The notes under the pieces are model-generated. The model had not been told where the DNA came from. It searched no databases and worked only from the letters and a program-made list of their open reading frames with translations. Position numbers and translations under genes: made by a program. A stretch of DNA of 22,268 nt from a virus, in the IMG/VR virus record IMGVR_UViG_3300048579_000065. One strand, given 5' to 3'. Below, piece by piece: positions 6,910 to 15,972 of this stretch; the stretch's first letter is position 1; the number at the start of each line of letters is the position of its first letter.

Positions 6910-8961
6910 ATGTTAAATTCTTCTTTTCTTTCTGTCGAATTTTTGTCTAAATATGAGAATGTACAGCCTAGAAACAAAGGAATATTGTTTGAACCAGTTT
7001 TTTATAGAACTTATTCAAGGTTCTTACCAGAAAAGAAAAGAAGAGAGACTTGGCTAGAAGTAATAACAAGAGTAGTCAATGCTAGTATGCCTCTATACAG
7101 TGGTCATAAAGGACAAGAAGACTTAATTAAGGAAGCTGAAGAATTATTTGACAGTCTATTTCATTTAGAGTCTTATCCAGCTGGAAGGACTTATTGGATT
7201 GCAGGAACAAAGGCTGCCAAAGAACTAGGTGAGTCTAGCTTTAATTGTTGTTATGCATCTATTGACTCTCTAGAAAAGTTTTCTCAGATTTTCCATCTTC
7301 TAATGTGTGGTTGTGGAGTAGGCTATGGAATACAGAAGGAAGATGTAGCAAAATTGCCTAAATTAAATGTTGGTGTGATGTTAGATCATAGTGTATACAA
7401 TCCAGTACCAAAATCAAGTAGATTACAAGAAACTACAACAATTGAATTGCATAATGGAGAGTTTGCTAGAGCATTCTACATTAGAATAGGTGACTCTAAA
7501 TTAGCTTGGGTACAGGCCTTAAGAGACTTCTTAAATATTCTGAAGATTAGTAATAAGTCTATTCTTATAAAATTAGATTATGATTCTATTCGTCCTGCTG
7601 GTGAAAGAATTAAGACTTTTGGTGGTAGAGCCGCTGGACCAGAAGGCTTAAAAGAAATGTTTAATGGTATTGTGAAAACAATACAAGAATGTAATGGAAA
7701 TCTAACACCAACAGCTTGTATGGATATTGCAAACATTATTGCTAAGAATGTATTGGTTGGTGGTGTTAGGCGTTCAGCTCAAATTGCTTTAGGATCAGAA
7801 GATGATGATGAGTTCAAGGATGCAAAAGTAGGTTTATTTACACTTCCTCATATGAAAGATAAGAGACATAGAGTAATGTCTAACAATTCTCTTGTATTTG
7901 TTAGGAAACCTAGCAAGACAAATCTCACATCAATGTTTGAAAGGATTAAGACATCATGGGAGCCTGGCTTTCTTAATTTTAAGGCTGCTAGTAAACGTAG
8001 ACCTTGGTTAGGAGGTGTAAACCCTTGTGGGGAAGCTTTGCTATCTGATAAAGGCAACTGTAACCTATCAGGCATCAACCTGATGGCTTTTGTTAAGAAT
8101 GGTGAGTTTAACTTACAAGCAGCAGAAAAAGCTATAAGGCTAGTAACTAGACTTGGACTAAGGCAGACTAATATTACATGGAGTTTGCCTGATTGGGACA
8201 CTGTACATAAGAGAGATAGATTGTTAGGGGTATCATTAACAGGAGTGATGGATGCTTTTGATAGTCTAGGAATTGAATTTGACTCAAATAAGGCTATTAC
8301 TATACTACAGCACTTAAATAACTCAGCAAATGATGAGGCTGAATTGTATGCCTTTGAAATGAGGGTTCCAAAACCTCTACTAGTTTGCCTCTGTAAACCA
8401 GAAGGTACAATCTCAAAGCTTATGACTGTTAGCCCTGGTATGGCTAGAGATAGAGCACCATTCTACATCAGAAGAATAAGAGTTTCTGAGTTAGATCCAG
8501 TGTGTAAAGCTTTGCAAGAGATTGGTGTACCTAATGAACCAGATGTTAGTAAGCCAGATAGGGTTGTATTTAGTTTTCCAATTAAAACTAAAGCTAAAAT
8601 ATCAGCAAATGATGAATCTGCTTTAAGGCAATATGAGAGGTATTTAATACTACAAAAATACTACTCAGATCATAATACATCATGCACCATTAATGTTGGT
8701 GAAGATGAATGGGAAGGTCTTGTAGATAAGATTTATGAAAATTGGGATGACACAATTGCTTGTGCATTTGCAGCTAAGGACTACTCACAATATCCACAAT
8801 TACCAGAGGAAGAAATTACAGAAGCTGAGTATCAGAAACTTATGATAAACTTTCCTGACTTATCATGTTTGTATGATATTATCAATAAGTATGAAATGGA
8901 ATATGAAGAGGAATTTGAACTTGATAATGAGTGTAAGTCCGGGCACTGTCCAATTCGTTAA
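6910..8961 (+). CDS. nrdJ: Class II (adenosylcobalamin-dependent) ribonucleotide reductase, monomeric RTPR-like
   Basis: RTYSR, PAGRTYW, FNC, LMCGCGVG, GGVRRSA, NPCGE, CNL, KPEGTIS; C-terminal CKSGHCPIR; no nrdB/nrdF partner gene; AAGGAG SD. Confidence 0.93.
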   Translation: MLNSSFLSVEFLSKYENVQPRNKGILFEPVFYRTYSRFLPEKKRRETWLEVITRVVNASMPLYSGHKGQEDLIKEAEELFDSLFHLESYPAGRTYWIAGTKAAKELGESSFNCCYASIDSLEKFSQIFHLLMCGCGVGYGIQKEDVAKLPKLNVGVMLDHSVYNPVPKSSRLQETTTIELHNGEFARAFYIRIGDSKLAWVQALRDFLNILKISNKSILIKLDYDSIRPAGERIKTFGGRAAGPEGLKEMFNGIVKTIQECNGNLTPTACMDIANIIAKNVLVGGVRRSAQIALGSEDDDEFKDAKVGLFTLPHMKDKRHRVMSNNSLVFVRKPSKTNLTSMFERIKTSWEPGFLNFKAASKRRPWLGGVNPCGEALLSDKGNCNLSGINLMAFVKNGEFNLQAAEKAIRLVTRLGLRQTNITWSLPDWDTVHKRDRLLGVSLTGVMDAFDSLGIEFDSNKAITILQHLNNSANDEAELYAFEMRVPKPLLVCLCKPEGTISKLMTVSPGMARDRAPFYIRRIRVSELDPVCKALQEIGVPNEPDVSKPDRVVFSFPIKTKAKISANDESALRQYERYLILQKYYSDHNTSCTINVGEDEWEGLVDKIYENWDDTIACAFAAKDYSQYPQLPEEEITEAEYQKLMINFPDLSCLYDIINKYEMEYEEEFELDNECKSGHCPIR

Positions 8962-8964
8962 GAA

Positions 8965-9171
8965 ATGTGGCTGAGTGAATACAGGAAGTTTTATTTAGCA
9001 GGCTGTCAAGACTCAAGGTTTAGACAGCAACTTGAGATTAAAATAGCACAAGTATTAAAAGTCTCTGAACTAACCATCTTGTCATTTTATGAAAGCCATG
9101 TTACTATAGAAGTATCAGGCCGGGCTAGAGAATTCTCTATACTAAACTTGATAGATAAGGGTAAGTGTTGA
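8965..9171 (+). CDS. Hypothetical protein
   Basis: 68-aa ORF filling the gap after the RNR gene. Confidence 0.6.
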   Translation: MWLSEYRKFYLAGCQDSRFRQQLEIKIAQVLKVSELTILSFYESHVTIEVSGRAREFSILNLIDKGKC

Positions 9172-9191
9172 ACTAGGAGGCATTAGCTAGG

Positions 9192-9467
9192 ATGGCTAAA
9201 TGGCAAGTAGGACCACCAACTAAGAAAGGCAGATATCATATTGCTTATATTGATGAGTTTGAATCAGATAAGCCAATTGTCTCTGAATGTACTTATGATG
9301 GTGAATCTGATTGGGTTGAAGGTATTTCTATAGTTACTAATAATCTTAATGCAGTAACTTGGACCCTATTTATTGATCACATTAAAGCTCATAAACCTTA
9401 TCCAACCATAACCAAACATTGGATAGAACATCTAGAAGAATACAAAAAGCCAGGAGTAAGGAAATGA
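9192..9467 (+). CDS. Hypothetical protein
   Basis: AGGAGG upstream; W-x3-PP-x3-G-x-Y start typical of small phage proteins. Confidence 0.75.
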   Translation: MAKWQVGPPTKKGRYHIAYIDEFESDKPIVSECTYDGESDWVEGISIVTNNLNAVTWTLFIDHIKAHKPYPTITKHWIEHLEEYKKPGVRK

Positions 9468-9724
9468 AAGGATTTACAGATGATATGTGTAGAAGACACT
9501 ATAGGATCAAGGGCTGGAAAAATGTCCTTAATATTATAGAAAAAGTCGATGGAACAGGACTTGATCTTAGGATACAGTCAGGTCATAATGAGAGATTTTT
9601 TGCTTGTAGATTAAGTAATGACAAAGTAAAGAAACTTCATAAACTTCTAGGTGCTTACCTGGAGAATGGTGCTCTACCAGTTCCTAAGGAGCAAGAACCT
9701 CTCAAAGAGGGTAAAATCTATTAG
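9464..9724 (+). CDS. Hypothetical protein
   Basis: ATGA-coupled start at 9464 with AGGAG SD. Confidence 0.7.
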   Translation: MKGFTDDMCRRHYRIKGWKNVLNIIEKVDGTGLDLRIQSGHNERFFACRLSNDKVKKLHKLLGAYLENGALPVPKEQEPLKEGKIY

Positions 9725-9977
9725 TAACTGTTATGTGTGTGGTAAAAAGCTTGAAAAGTGTCTAGCCTACTGTGGCTGGCAGTGTAAGGATGAGCGTAAA
9801 AGACTTGTTAAAGTTTTAATGACTCAAAAGCCAACAGGCTATTTACAAAGAGGAGCAAATGATGTATTATCAATGAGGTGGGATGTCTTGTATAAAGTAG
9901 CCCCGGCTGAGATTAAACAACTCATGCTAAGAATAGAAAGAAAGTTACCACTAAGTATAGGAAGGGAAGAGCATTGA
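9720..9977 (+). CDS. Small zinc-finger-like protein (start uncertain; ORF open from 9651)
   Basis: CYVC-x10-CGWQC; possible ATT start at 9720 behind GAGGG. Confidence 0.55.
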   Translation: MSNCYVCGKKLEKCLAYCGWQCKDERKRLVKVLMTQKPTGYLQRGANDVLSMRWDVLYKVAPAEIKQLMLRIERKLPLSIGREEH

Positions 9978-10162
9978 ACTATGATCCTAGTAAAGCCTTA
10001 GCTCACACCATCCTTTTATTAGAATCTCTTAGTAAGGGTAAGGATTTGGTCTTAACAAATGAAGAGTCAGTAGGTATTTTAATAAAGCAACCCGAGACTG
10101 TACAAGGCATTAAAGACTTTTTGCTAAGCCTTAAAGAAAGACTTGAGAATGAGGTCACATGA
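9974..10162 (+). CDS. Hypothetical protein
   Basis: TTGA-coupled start; ATGA coupling to the next gene. Confidence 0.65.
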   Translation: MNYDPSKALAHTILLLESLSKGKDLVLTNEESVGILIKQPETVQGIKDFLLSLKERLENEVT

Positions 10163-10914
10163 CAGCAATAGTAATTCCAGCTTGTGACATTAAAGAACAT
10201 AATAAGACAGACCTAGAAGCTCTGCTAGAATGTATTAAACCTGATGCTAATAGGTATTCAGCAGTGGTTGTATGCTTTGATGGTTGTGAAATAGAGTTTG
10301 TAGATTATTTTACACAAAAATTTGGCTTCATACATTCATTTCATAATAGAAAGAACAAGCTAGGCTTTAGCAGGAACTCTAATATAGGCTTAAGGTTTGT
10401 TAGAGATGTGATTAAAGATGATTGTTTCTTAATTAATCAAGATTGCTTGATACCTAGTTTTGATTATATGAGTTGCATACCTGGAGAAGGTCTTAGTACT
10501 CCTATTACAACAGAAGGATCATTATTAATCAAATACTTAAATCCAACTAGGACTAGATTAAATGATAAATTTGCATTCTATTGTCCACATTTTAGCTTAG
10601 GTTTACTTAATGATGTTGGGGTGCTAGATGAAGATCTCAAGAATTTATTCAGTGATGACTCTTATGTACTTAGGACTTTACTTCATGGCAAGTACCCTAT
10701 TGAATCAGTTGACATCAAGATTCACCATAAAGGAAGTCATATTAGCACTGAACAAGGTTGGGAATCAGGCTCAGGAACCTACAATCAAACAGACTTAAGC
10801 CTGGGGCTAGTCCAATACACTCTAAAATGGGACATGCTAGGAGTAAAGCATGAAAATATAATCAAGGAAGCACTAAAGAGGCACAAATGGAAAGAAGAAA
10901 TGAGGATAATGTAG
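10159..10914 (+). CDS. Glycosyltransferase family 2 (GT-A fold)
   Basis: AIVIPA, VVVCFDG, NKLGFSRNSNIGL, FLINQD, VGVLDE-x5-SDDSYVLR. Confidence 0.8.
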   Translation: MTAIVIPACDIKEHNKTDLEALLECIKPDANRYSAVVVCFDGCEIEFVDYFTQKFGFIHSFHNRKNKLGFSRNSNIGLRFVRDVIKDDCFLINQDCLIPSFDYMSCIPGEGLSTPITTEGSLLIKYLNPTRTRLNDKFAFYCPHFSLGLLNDVGVLDEDLKNLFSDDSYVLRTLLHGKYPIESVDIKIHHKGSHISTEQGWESGSGTYNQTDLSLGLVQYTLKWDMLGVKHENIIKEALKRHKWKEEMRIM

Positions 10915-11201
10915 TGGAAATTCTTGACTCATTAAAGGTTAAGGTTGAAGAATGGGCTTTCATAAAAGACCCTTATGATGCTAGTTATAAGGTCTTGGTT
11001 GGCAGGCTAGCTGAGGATCATCATAAGAGTGATCATCACTGTCATCTAATCAAGGGACATAGAATAGTTTCTAGTACAATTGAATTAAATACAATAGTAA
11101 AAATTAGAAATACTTGGTATGAACTAATTGGACCTGAAAGAAAAGAGACAATAGAAGAGATTAATAAAGAAAAAGGAATGTGTTTGGAGGCTGTAGATTA
11201 A
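10914..11201 (+). CDS. Hypothetical protein
   Basis: TAGTG-coupled GTG start with GAGG SD. Confidence 0.7.
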   Translation: MEILDSLKVKVEEWAFIKDPYDASYKVLVGRLAEDHHKSDHHCHLIKGHRIVSSTIELNTIVKIRNTWYELIGPERKETIEEINKEKGMCLEAVD

Positions 11202-11830
11202 TGTTAGAACTTACTGATAGAGAAAGAATCCTAACTAACCTTGTAAGACGGCTTTGTGACACTGTTAATAGTGTTGCCCATTATGTAGACAGATCGTCAG
11301 AGTTTCCAAATGACATATATCCTCTGACAGACTCCTTTAATAGAGAGATAAAGGTTGGAGATGTTGTTGTAGCTTGGTCTTCTGGCATTCATCCATTTAC
11401 AGTTGCTGAGGTGGTAAGTACAAAAGTTAATGATTCTTATGGAGGTTACAGAGCCAAAGACTTAGTAACAGGGCTAGAATGTGACATTGTTAATGATCAT
11501 GGAATTATACTTAAAAACTTTCGTAAACAAATGAGACATGAACTCTTAGTAGGAAAGGAAAGGATCTTCTACAAGAAAGTATTGAAAGCTATGTCTGAGA
11601 TTGATGATTGGCACAGGTTTGCTGACATTGAGTTTCAAGGAAAGGTGTGTAAGATTACTGTAAGAGAAAAGTATGGAGGGTCAGATGCTGAACCTTCTGT
11701 TCCTTATGAAGTAAGTCTTAAATGGAATGCTAGAATGTCTGTAAAGAAGCTTATAGAGGAGCTGGAAAAGCAAGGCGTTGGTAAAAGAGAGTTTGAAAAG
11801 GAGAAACAATCTGATGTCAGTAATGTGTGA
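11201..11830 (+). CDS. Hypothetical protein with a KOW/SH3-like segment
   Basis: TAATG coupling, GGAGG SD; REIKVGDVVV motif. Confidence 0.8.
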   Translation: MLELTDRERILTNLVRRLCDTVNSVAHYVDRSSEFPNDIYPLTDSFNREIKVGDVVVAWSSGIHPFTVAEVVSTKVNDSYGGYRAKDLVTGLECDIVNDHGIILKNFRKQMRHELLVGKERIFYKKVLKAMSEIDDWHRFADIEFQGKVCKITVREKYGGSDAEPSVPYEVSLKWNARMSVKKLIEELEKQGVGKREFEKEKQSDVSNV

Positions 11831-12389
11831 TTGGGAAATAAAGGCCGCTATTAATACTAGAGATCTTATTGTTGAACCATTTGATCCTTCTTTAATCAAT
11901 CCTGCTAGTCTGGATTTCCGGCTAGGCTCAAGCTTTACTATAACAGAACCAACAGGTAAGGTTAAAGTAAACCTGCATGGTAAGACAATTAGTGTAATTG
12001 ATCCTAAGAATAAGGAATCATTTAAGGATACAACCATAGAGACTGATGAGTATGTTTTGCTACCAGGCAAATCCATTCTTGGATGTACATTAGAATTAAT
12101 AGGACTCTCAGACACAATAGCTGCAAAAGTTTATGGAAAATCTAGCATTGGTCGTTTAGGTATAGATAATAGTTCAGTAGCAACATGGATAGATCCTGGT
12201 TTTGGGTTCAAAGAACCATCCTTTATTACATTAGAAATCTTTAATCAAAGTCAGCATAATATTAGGCTTACAGTAGGAATGAAGATTGGACAGTTAGTTT
12301 TCTTTAAGACCAATAAGGTTGGTAAATCGTATACAGAAACTGGTAGATATAATGGCCAACAGGCCGCTGAAGGTAGTAAAGGTATTTAA
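11814..12389 (+). CDS. dcd: dCTP deaminase (possibly bifunctional Dcd-Dut)
   Basis: INPASLDFRLG, GKSSIGRLG, IDPGF, ITLEI, GMKIGQLVF, GRYNGQ; ATG 11814 behind AAGGAG. Confidence 0.92.
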   Translation: MSVMCDWEIKAAINTRDLIVEPFDPSLINPASLDFRLGSSFTITEPTGKVKVNLHGKTISVIDPKNKESFKDTTIETDEYVLLPGKSILGCTLELIGLSDTIAAKVYGKSSIGRLGIDNSSVATWIDPGFGFKEPSFITLEIFNQSQHNIRLTVGMKIGQLVFFKTNKVGKSYTETGRYNGQQAAEGSKGI

Positions 12390-12405
12390 CTTTGGCAAAT
12401 ATTAC

Positions 12406-12576
12406 ATGGACAGTAGAGAAGAGGCCTTAATAAGAAAGATTCAAAGACTCTATGATGAACTAGCACAGGCTAGGAAGGATCTAATGCTTTATAGAAGAGA
12501 AAAGAGTCTACCTGGAGATGAGATTTATAGGAAAGAAGGAGCAAAGATTGTAGGTTATGGATCTAAGCAAGATTAA
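12406..12576 (+). CDS. Small coiled-coil hypothetical protein
   Basis: MDSREEALIRKIQRLYDELAQARKDL; start uncertain. Confidence 0.55.
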   Translation: MDSREEALIRKIQRLYDELAQARKDLMLYRREKSLPGDEIYRKEGAKIVGYGSKQD

Positions 12577-13129
12577 GTTTATAGAAAGCCCAAACAAGTC
12601 TAAAGGCCGTGCTGGAGCTAAGATTGAATACCTTATTATCCACTCAATGGCAGGGTACTTTCAAGGCTCTATCAGTTGGTTCAAGAATCCAAAGTCACAA
12701 GTAAGTGCTCACTACCTCATCTCACAGAAAGGTGAGATAGTACAAATGGTAAAGGATACAGACACTGCATGGCACTGTCATGGGTGTAATAAAAATTCAA
12801 TTGGGGTCGAGATGGATGACTTGAAAGACTCATCAAAACCTGGCTGGATAACTCCTAAACTATGGGAAGCAACAGTTAACTTGACAGCCACGCTAGCCTC
12901 AAAGTACAATATTCCTGTAGAAAAGATCTACACACATGGAGATCCTTATATCAGAAAGATTAATGGTCCTAAGTTTGCTCATAGTGACCCAATCTTATTT
13001 GATATAGCAAAGTTTAGAAAGGAAGTGAAGGAATGTCAATTATCCATGATAAAGAATACTACCTCTGTGGTAAAAGAGGTCAAACAGTCTGGACCCTCAG
13101 ATACAAAGATGGGAAATGGAAAAAAGTAA
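12557..13129 (+). CDS. N-acetylmuramoyl-L-alanine amidase (Amidase_2), probable endolysin
   Basis: IIHSM, SAHYLI, AWHC, NSIGVE, TH and HSDP zinc-amidase motifs; no cell-wall-binding domain. Confidence 0.92.
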   Translation: MDLSKIKFIESPNKSKGRAGAKIEYLIIHSMAGYFQGSISWFKNPKSQVSAHYLISQKGEIVQMVKDTDTAWHCHGCNKNSIGVEMDDLKDSSKPGWITPKLWEATVNLTATLASKYNIPVEKIYTHGDPYIRKINGPKFAHSDPILFDIAKFRKEVKECQLSMIKNTTSVVKEVKQSGPSDTKMGNGKK

Positions 13130-13245
13130 GAGGCACAAGTACAGTCTTTACCTTTTGGGGTTCAGCATCTGAGATAACAGAGAAGGAAGCAATGGATTTA
13201 ATAAACAAGTTTGGAGGCTTAAATGAAGTATCAACAAACAGCTAA
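13033..13245 (+). CDS. Hypothetical protein
   Basis: GAAGG SD; overlaps the low-complexity tail of the amidase. Confidence 0.65.
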   Translation: MSIIHDKEYYLCGKRGQTVWTLRYKDGKWKKVRGTSTVFTFWGSASEITEKEAMDLINKFGGLNEVSTNS

Positions 13246-13396
13246 AGTAGTGAAAGAACTCCTGGATGACTTGGAGTTGGGTACAACCATAACCATTAAA
13301 ACTAGGTCAGGTAGTTTTGTAATCATAGATAAAAACTCTAAAGTGGGCAAGAAGGCCCTGAAACATTGCCTAGAGACAATCTTGGAGGCTTGCTAA
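13223..13396 (+). CDS. Hypothetical protein (57 aa, not in ORF track)
   Basis: GGAGG SD; MKYQQTAKVVKELLDDL...; TAATG coupling to the next gene. Confidence 0.7.
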   Translation: MKYQQTAKVVKELLDDLELGTTITIKTRSGSFVIIDKNSKVGKKALKHCLETILEAC

Positions 13397-13623
13397 TGTT
13401 GACAGCTAGTGATGCTGTTGAATTATCCTACAAGATTAGGGCTAAAACAGTCTGGCAACCAGTAAATCAACTAATCACTGAAGCTTGTCAAAAAGGAGCA
13501 TGTGAATTATTCTTACCTACTTGCTATTATACGGCTGAGGAAGTTGCACATGCCAACAATCTCCTACAACTTGGGTTTCATGTTGAGAGTGTGAAGGGTA
13601 ATAAGATAAGGATTTCTTGGTAA
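13396..13623 (+). CDS. Hypothetical protein
   Basis: GGAGG SD, TAATG-coupled at both ends; MLTA...RISW. Confidence 0.75.
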   Translation: MLTASDAVELSYKIRAKTVWQPVNQLITEACQKGACELFLPTCYYTAEEVAHANNLLQLGFHVESVKGNKIRISW

Positions 13624-13919
13624 TGGGAAACAATAAGAAACAGTTACAAAACTTAATCAATAAGAATCTAGCCAAGCTTAATAGATGGTCACGACTAGAA
13701 CTTAGTAAGTGCAGCTATGATAATGGTGAAGAATCAAGGTATTGGAGAGATTATATGCTTCCTGCTAGCCTAGAAGATCTTAAAAACTACAGGGATGCTT
13801 ACATTAATTCTAAGCCTAGAACTGCACTTCAAGGTGCTGATATGTGCTACAGCATAAAATGTGAGTATGATGACATTTCTAAAGAAGCACTAGCTGGGCC
13901 TGCTGGTAAATTGCCATGA
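13623..13919 (+). CDS. Hypothetical protein
   Basis: TAATG-coupled start and ATGA-coupled end. Confidence 0.7.
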   Translation: MGNNKKQLQNLINKNLAKLNRWSRLELSKCSYDNGEESRYWRDYMLPASLEDLKNYRDAYINSKPRTALQGADMCYSIKCEYDDISKEALAGPAGKLP

Positions 13920-14173
13920 CAGAAGAGATTGACTGGGATCATAGATGGAGAAAGGCAGCTGTCTCTAGAATGAGAGGTGAGGATGTTCTTAAACATGGTA
14001 CATCCTTCTGTGCCATGTGTAATTGGAGAACAGGAGGGATGGCTTGGCTGTGTAACCTGTGTTATCCTTGTGATAAGTGTACATATCCTAAAAGCAACTG
14101 TCATTGTAATAATGAGAGGTTTAAGAAACACCTTAAGGACTGTGAGCAAGAGTCAGGGCTGAAACTAACATGA
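13916..14173 (+). CDS. Cys-rich zinc-finger-like protein
   Basis: CAMC...CNLCYPCDKC...CHC; ATGA coupling at both ends. Confidence 0.7.
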   Translation: MTEEIDWDHRWRKAAVSRMRGEDVLKHGTSFCAMCNWRTGGMAWLCNLCYPCDKCTYPKSNCHCNNERFKKHLKDCEQESGLKLT

Positions 14174-14679
14174 TAATTGAGAAAGAAAGGATAATATCCT
14201 ATACTGGACACAGGCCCGGACCTAAAATCTTCAAGTCAGACTATTATTCTGATGAGAACTTTAATACTCTTGTAGACTTTGCTTGTCAAGTCTTACTGAG
14301 AGAAAAGCCTGATTTATCAATCACTGGTGGAGCTTTAGGATGGGATCAGGCAGTAGCTCAGGCTAGCTTAAATTTAGCTATGCCATATGAATTACACATA
14401 CCATTTGAGGGCTTTGATTCTAACTGGCCTACTAAATCAAGAAACAGATTAAAAGATCTCATGGAAAGTGCTGAAAAAGTTAAGGTAGTATGTGGTTCCT
14501 ATTCTTTAGGTGCTTACCAGAAGAGGAATGAAAGTATGGTTGATACTTCTGATAAAGTAATAGCTTTGTTTGATTTTAGCTCAGGTGGTACAGCAAATTG
14601 TGTTAGCTATGCTAAAAGTAAAAACAAGCCAATAACACATGTGTACCATGCCTGGCTAGAGTATAGAGATGCAAAATAA
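14170..14679 (+). CDS. SLOG-superfamily YpsA/DUF1273-like protein
   Basis: YTGHRP, TGGALGWDQ, IPF, QKRNESMVD, GGTANCVSYA. Confidence 0.88.
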   Translation: MIIEKERIISYTGHRPGPKIFKSDYYSDENFNTLVDFACQVLLREKPDLSITGGALGWDQAVAQASLNLAMPYELHIPFEGFDSNWPTKSRNRLKDLMESAEKVKVVCGSYSLGAYQKRNESMVDTSDKVIALFDFSSGGTANCVSYAKSKNKPITHVYHAWLEYRDAK

Positions 14680-15301
14680 AGAAACCTTCCTAACTATCAT
14701 TGCTGTTACCTGTTCTGATCATTCAATACATCAGATAAGACAGTTTATAGCCGGGCTATACTGTCAAACAGATCCTAATTGGAAGTGTAAGATCTTCTAT
14801 GATGTTAATCAAGAAAATGATCCTAAAATCCACTACACCTTAGATGAGTTTGGAGTTGATTATGATTATTCAATGGGTCATAAGGACTATGATCGTAGAA
14901 TAGAGTTTGTCTTTGTCAATCCAGCGCTTGGTCAATACGGAAACCCAAATCGGTGGAGAGGGGTGCTAGAAACAGATACAGAATGGCTAACCCACACAAA
15001 TGTTGACAATCAAATGATACCAAGGTTTGTAGAGACTTTAAGAGAACATAAAGAGGACTGTGAGGTCTTGGCATTTCCCATCCTCCATAGCTATGCCAAC
15101 GGAAAATTCTATGAAGTATTAGATCCAATACCAAGAGTTGGTGATATTGACTATTGTTCTTTTATGATTAAAACAGACCTGATGAAACAGATAGGATTTC
15201 CTGCTCCTGAATGGTCGGGCTGTGATGGGCTTATTGCTGAGAAAGCAGCAGAGCTTGGTAGATGGAAAACAATTAGAGCATGTTTGTCAGTCCACTGTTG
15301 A
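14669..15301 (+). CDS. Glycosyltransferase family 2-like (GT-A fold)
   Basis: LTIIAVT, QTDPNWKCKIFYD, GQYGNPNR, WLTHTNVDN (DxD equivalent), IDYCSFM, DGL. Confidence 0.75.
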   Translation: MQNKETFLTIIAVTCSDHSIHQIRQFIAGLYCQTDPNWKCKIFYDVNQENDPKIHYTLDEFGVDYDYSMGHKDYDRRIEFVFVNPALGQYGNPNRWRGVLETDTEWLTHTNVDNQMIPRFVETLREHKEDCEVLAFPILHSYANGKFYEVLDPIPRVGDIDYCSFMIKTDLMKQIGFPAPEWSGCDGLIAEKAAELGRWKTIRACLSVHC

Positions 15302-15326
15302 CCAATTGTGCTTAACCATGTACAAT
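15298..15326 (+). promoter_or_regulatory. sigma70-type promoter
   Basis: TTGACC (15298-15303), 17-bp spacer, TACAAT (15321-15326), upstream of a GGAG SD and ATG 15351. Confidence 0.7.
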
Positions 15327-15350
15327 GGTAATACTGAAATGGAGAAAAGT

Positions 15351-15512
15351 ATGCTTGAAATATTCTTAGGATCTTTGTTTGGATTTTGTTTGTTTAACTT
15401 CTTAAATAGTAAGTTTAAGGACATTAAGTTTGGATCTGAGTTAGCACTTTTGATTATAGTGAGCATTTCAGTGGTGATGATAATCATTTCCTACACTTTG
15501 AAAGGTAAATAA
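15351..15512 (+). CDS. Small two-TM membrane protein
   Basis: MLEIFLGSLFGFCLFNFL and LALLIIVSISVVMIIISY hydrophobic segments; GGAG SD. Confidence 0.7.
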   Translation: MLEIFLGSLFGFCLFNFLNSKFKDIKFGSELALLIIVSISVVMIIISYTLKGK

Positions 15513-15658
15513 TGAAAGAAATAGTATATGAAACCTTGGAGACATTCCTTATAGCTGCTGTTATACTTATTTGGTTAAGTTTAATATGCAATAAACCAGC
15601 CGCTAAACCTTACATTCCTAGCTCGGAAGAGTACATAGTAAAGGAGATGCTGCTATGA
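15512..15658 (+). CDS. Small single-TM protein (48 aa, not in ORF track)
   Basis: FLIAAVILIWLSLIC; TAATG and ATGA coupling; AAGGT SD. Confidence 0.65.
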   Translation: MKEIVYETLETFLIAAVILIWLSLICNKPAAKPYIPSSEEYIVKEMLL

Positions 15659-15972
15659 GCATTTGTCCTTTTGATGTTGTTATTCATTGGAATGAGGAGT
15701 ATGAAGAACTTTCAATTGAAAAGGAATATGTAAAGACTCCTTTGCTAGACCATGAAAGGAAACCTATAAGAGGTACTTCAGTACTAGATGAAGAGTGTAC
15801 AAGTGCAGGAATAGATTATTGGTTCAAAGAATGCTTTGAAGGTAAGAAAACTGGACTTTATAGAGTTAAAGGAAGCTTTCAATACTCTCAAGACTACTAT
15901 GGAGATTGGGATTCAGGGTGTCAAATAGATTATTTTGAGAAGGTTAGGAGAAAGATATGCAAGGCAATATGA
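15655..15972 (+). CDS. Hypothetical protein
   Basis: AAGGAG SD, ATGA coupling. Confidence 0.75.
   Translation: MSICPFDVVIHWNEEYEELSIEKEYVKTPLLDHERKPIRGTSVLDEECTSAGIDYWFKECFEGKKTGLYRVKGSFQYSQDYYGDWDSGCQIDYFEKVRRKICKAI

Noticed and set aside
13977-14162. Alternative + frame ORF inside the Cys-rich gene
   Set aside because: Fully nested; the 13916-14173 frame is ATGA-coupled to both neighbours.
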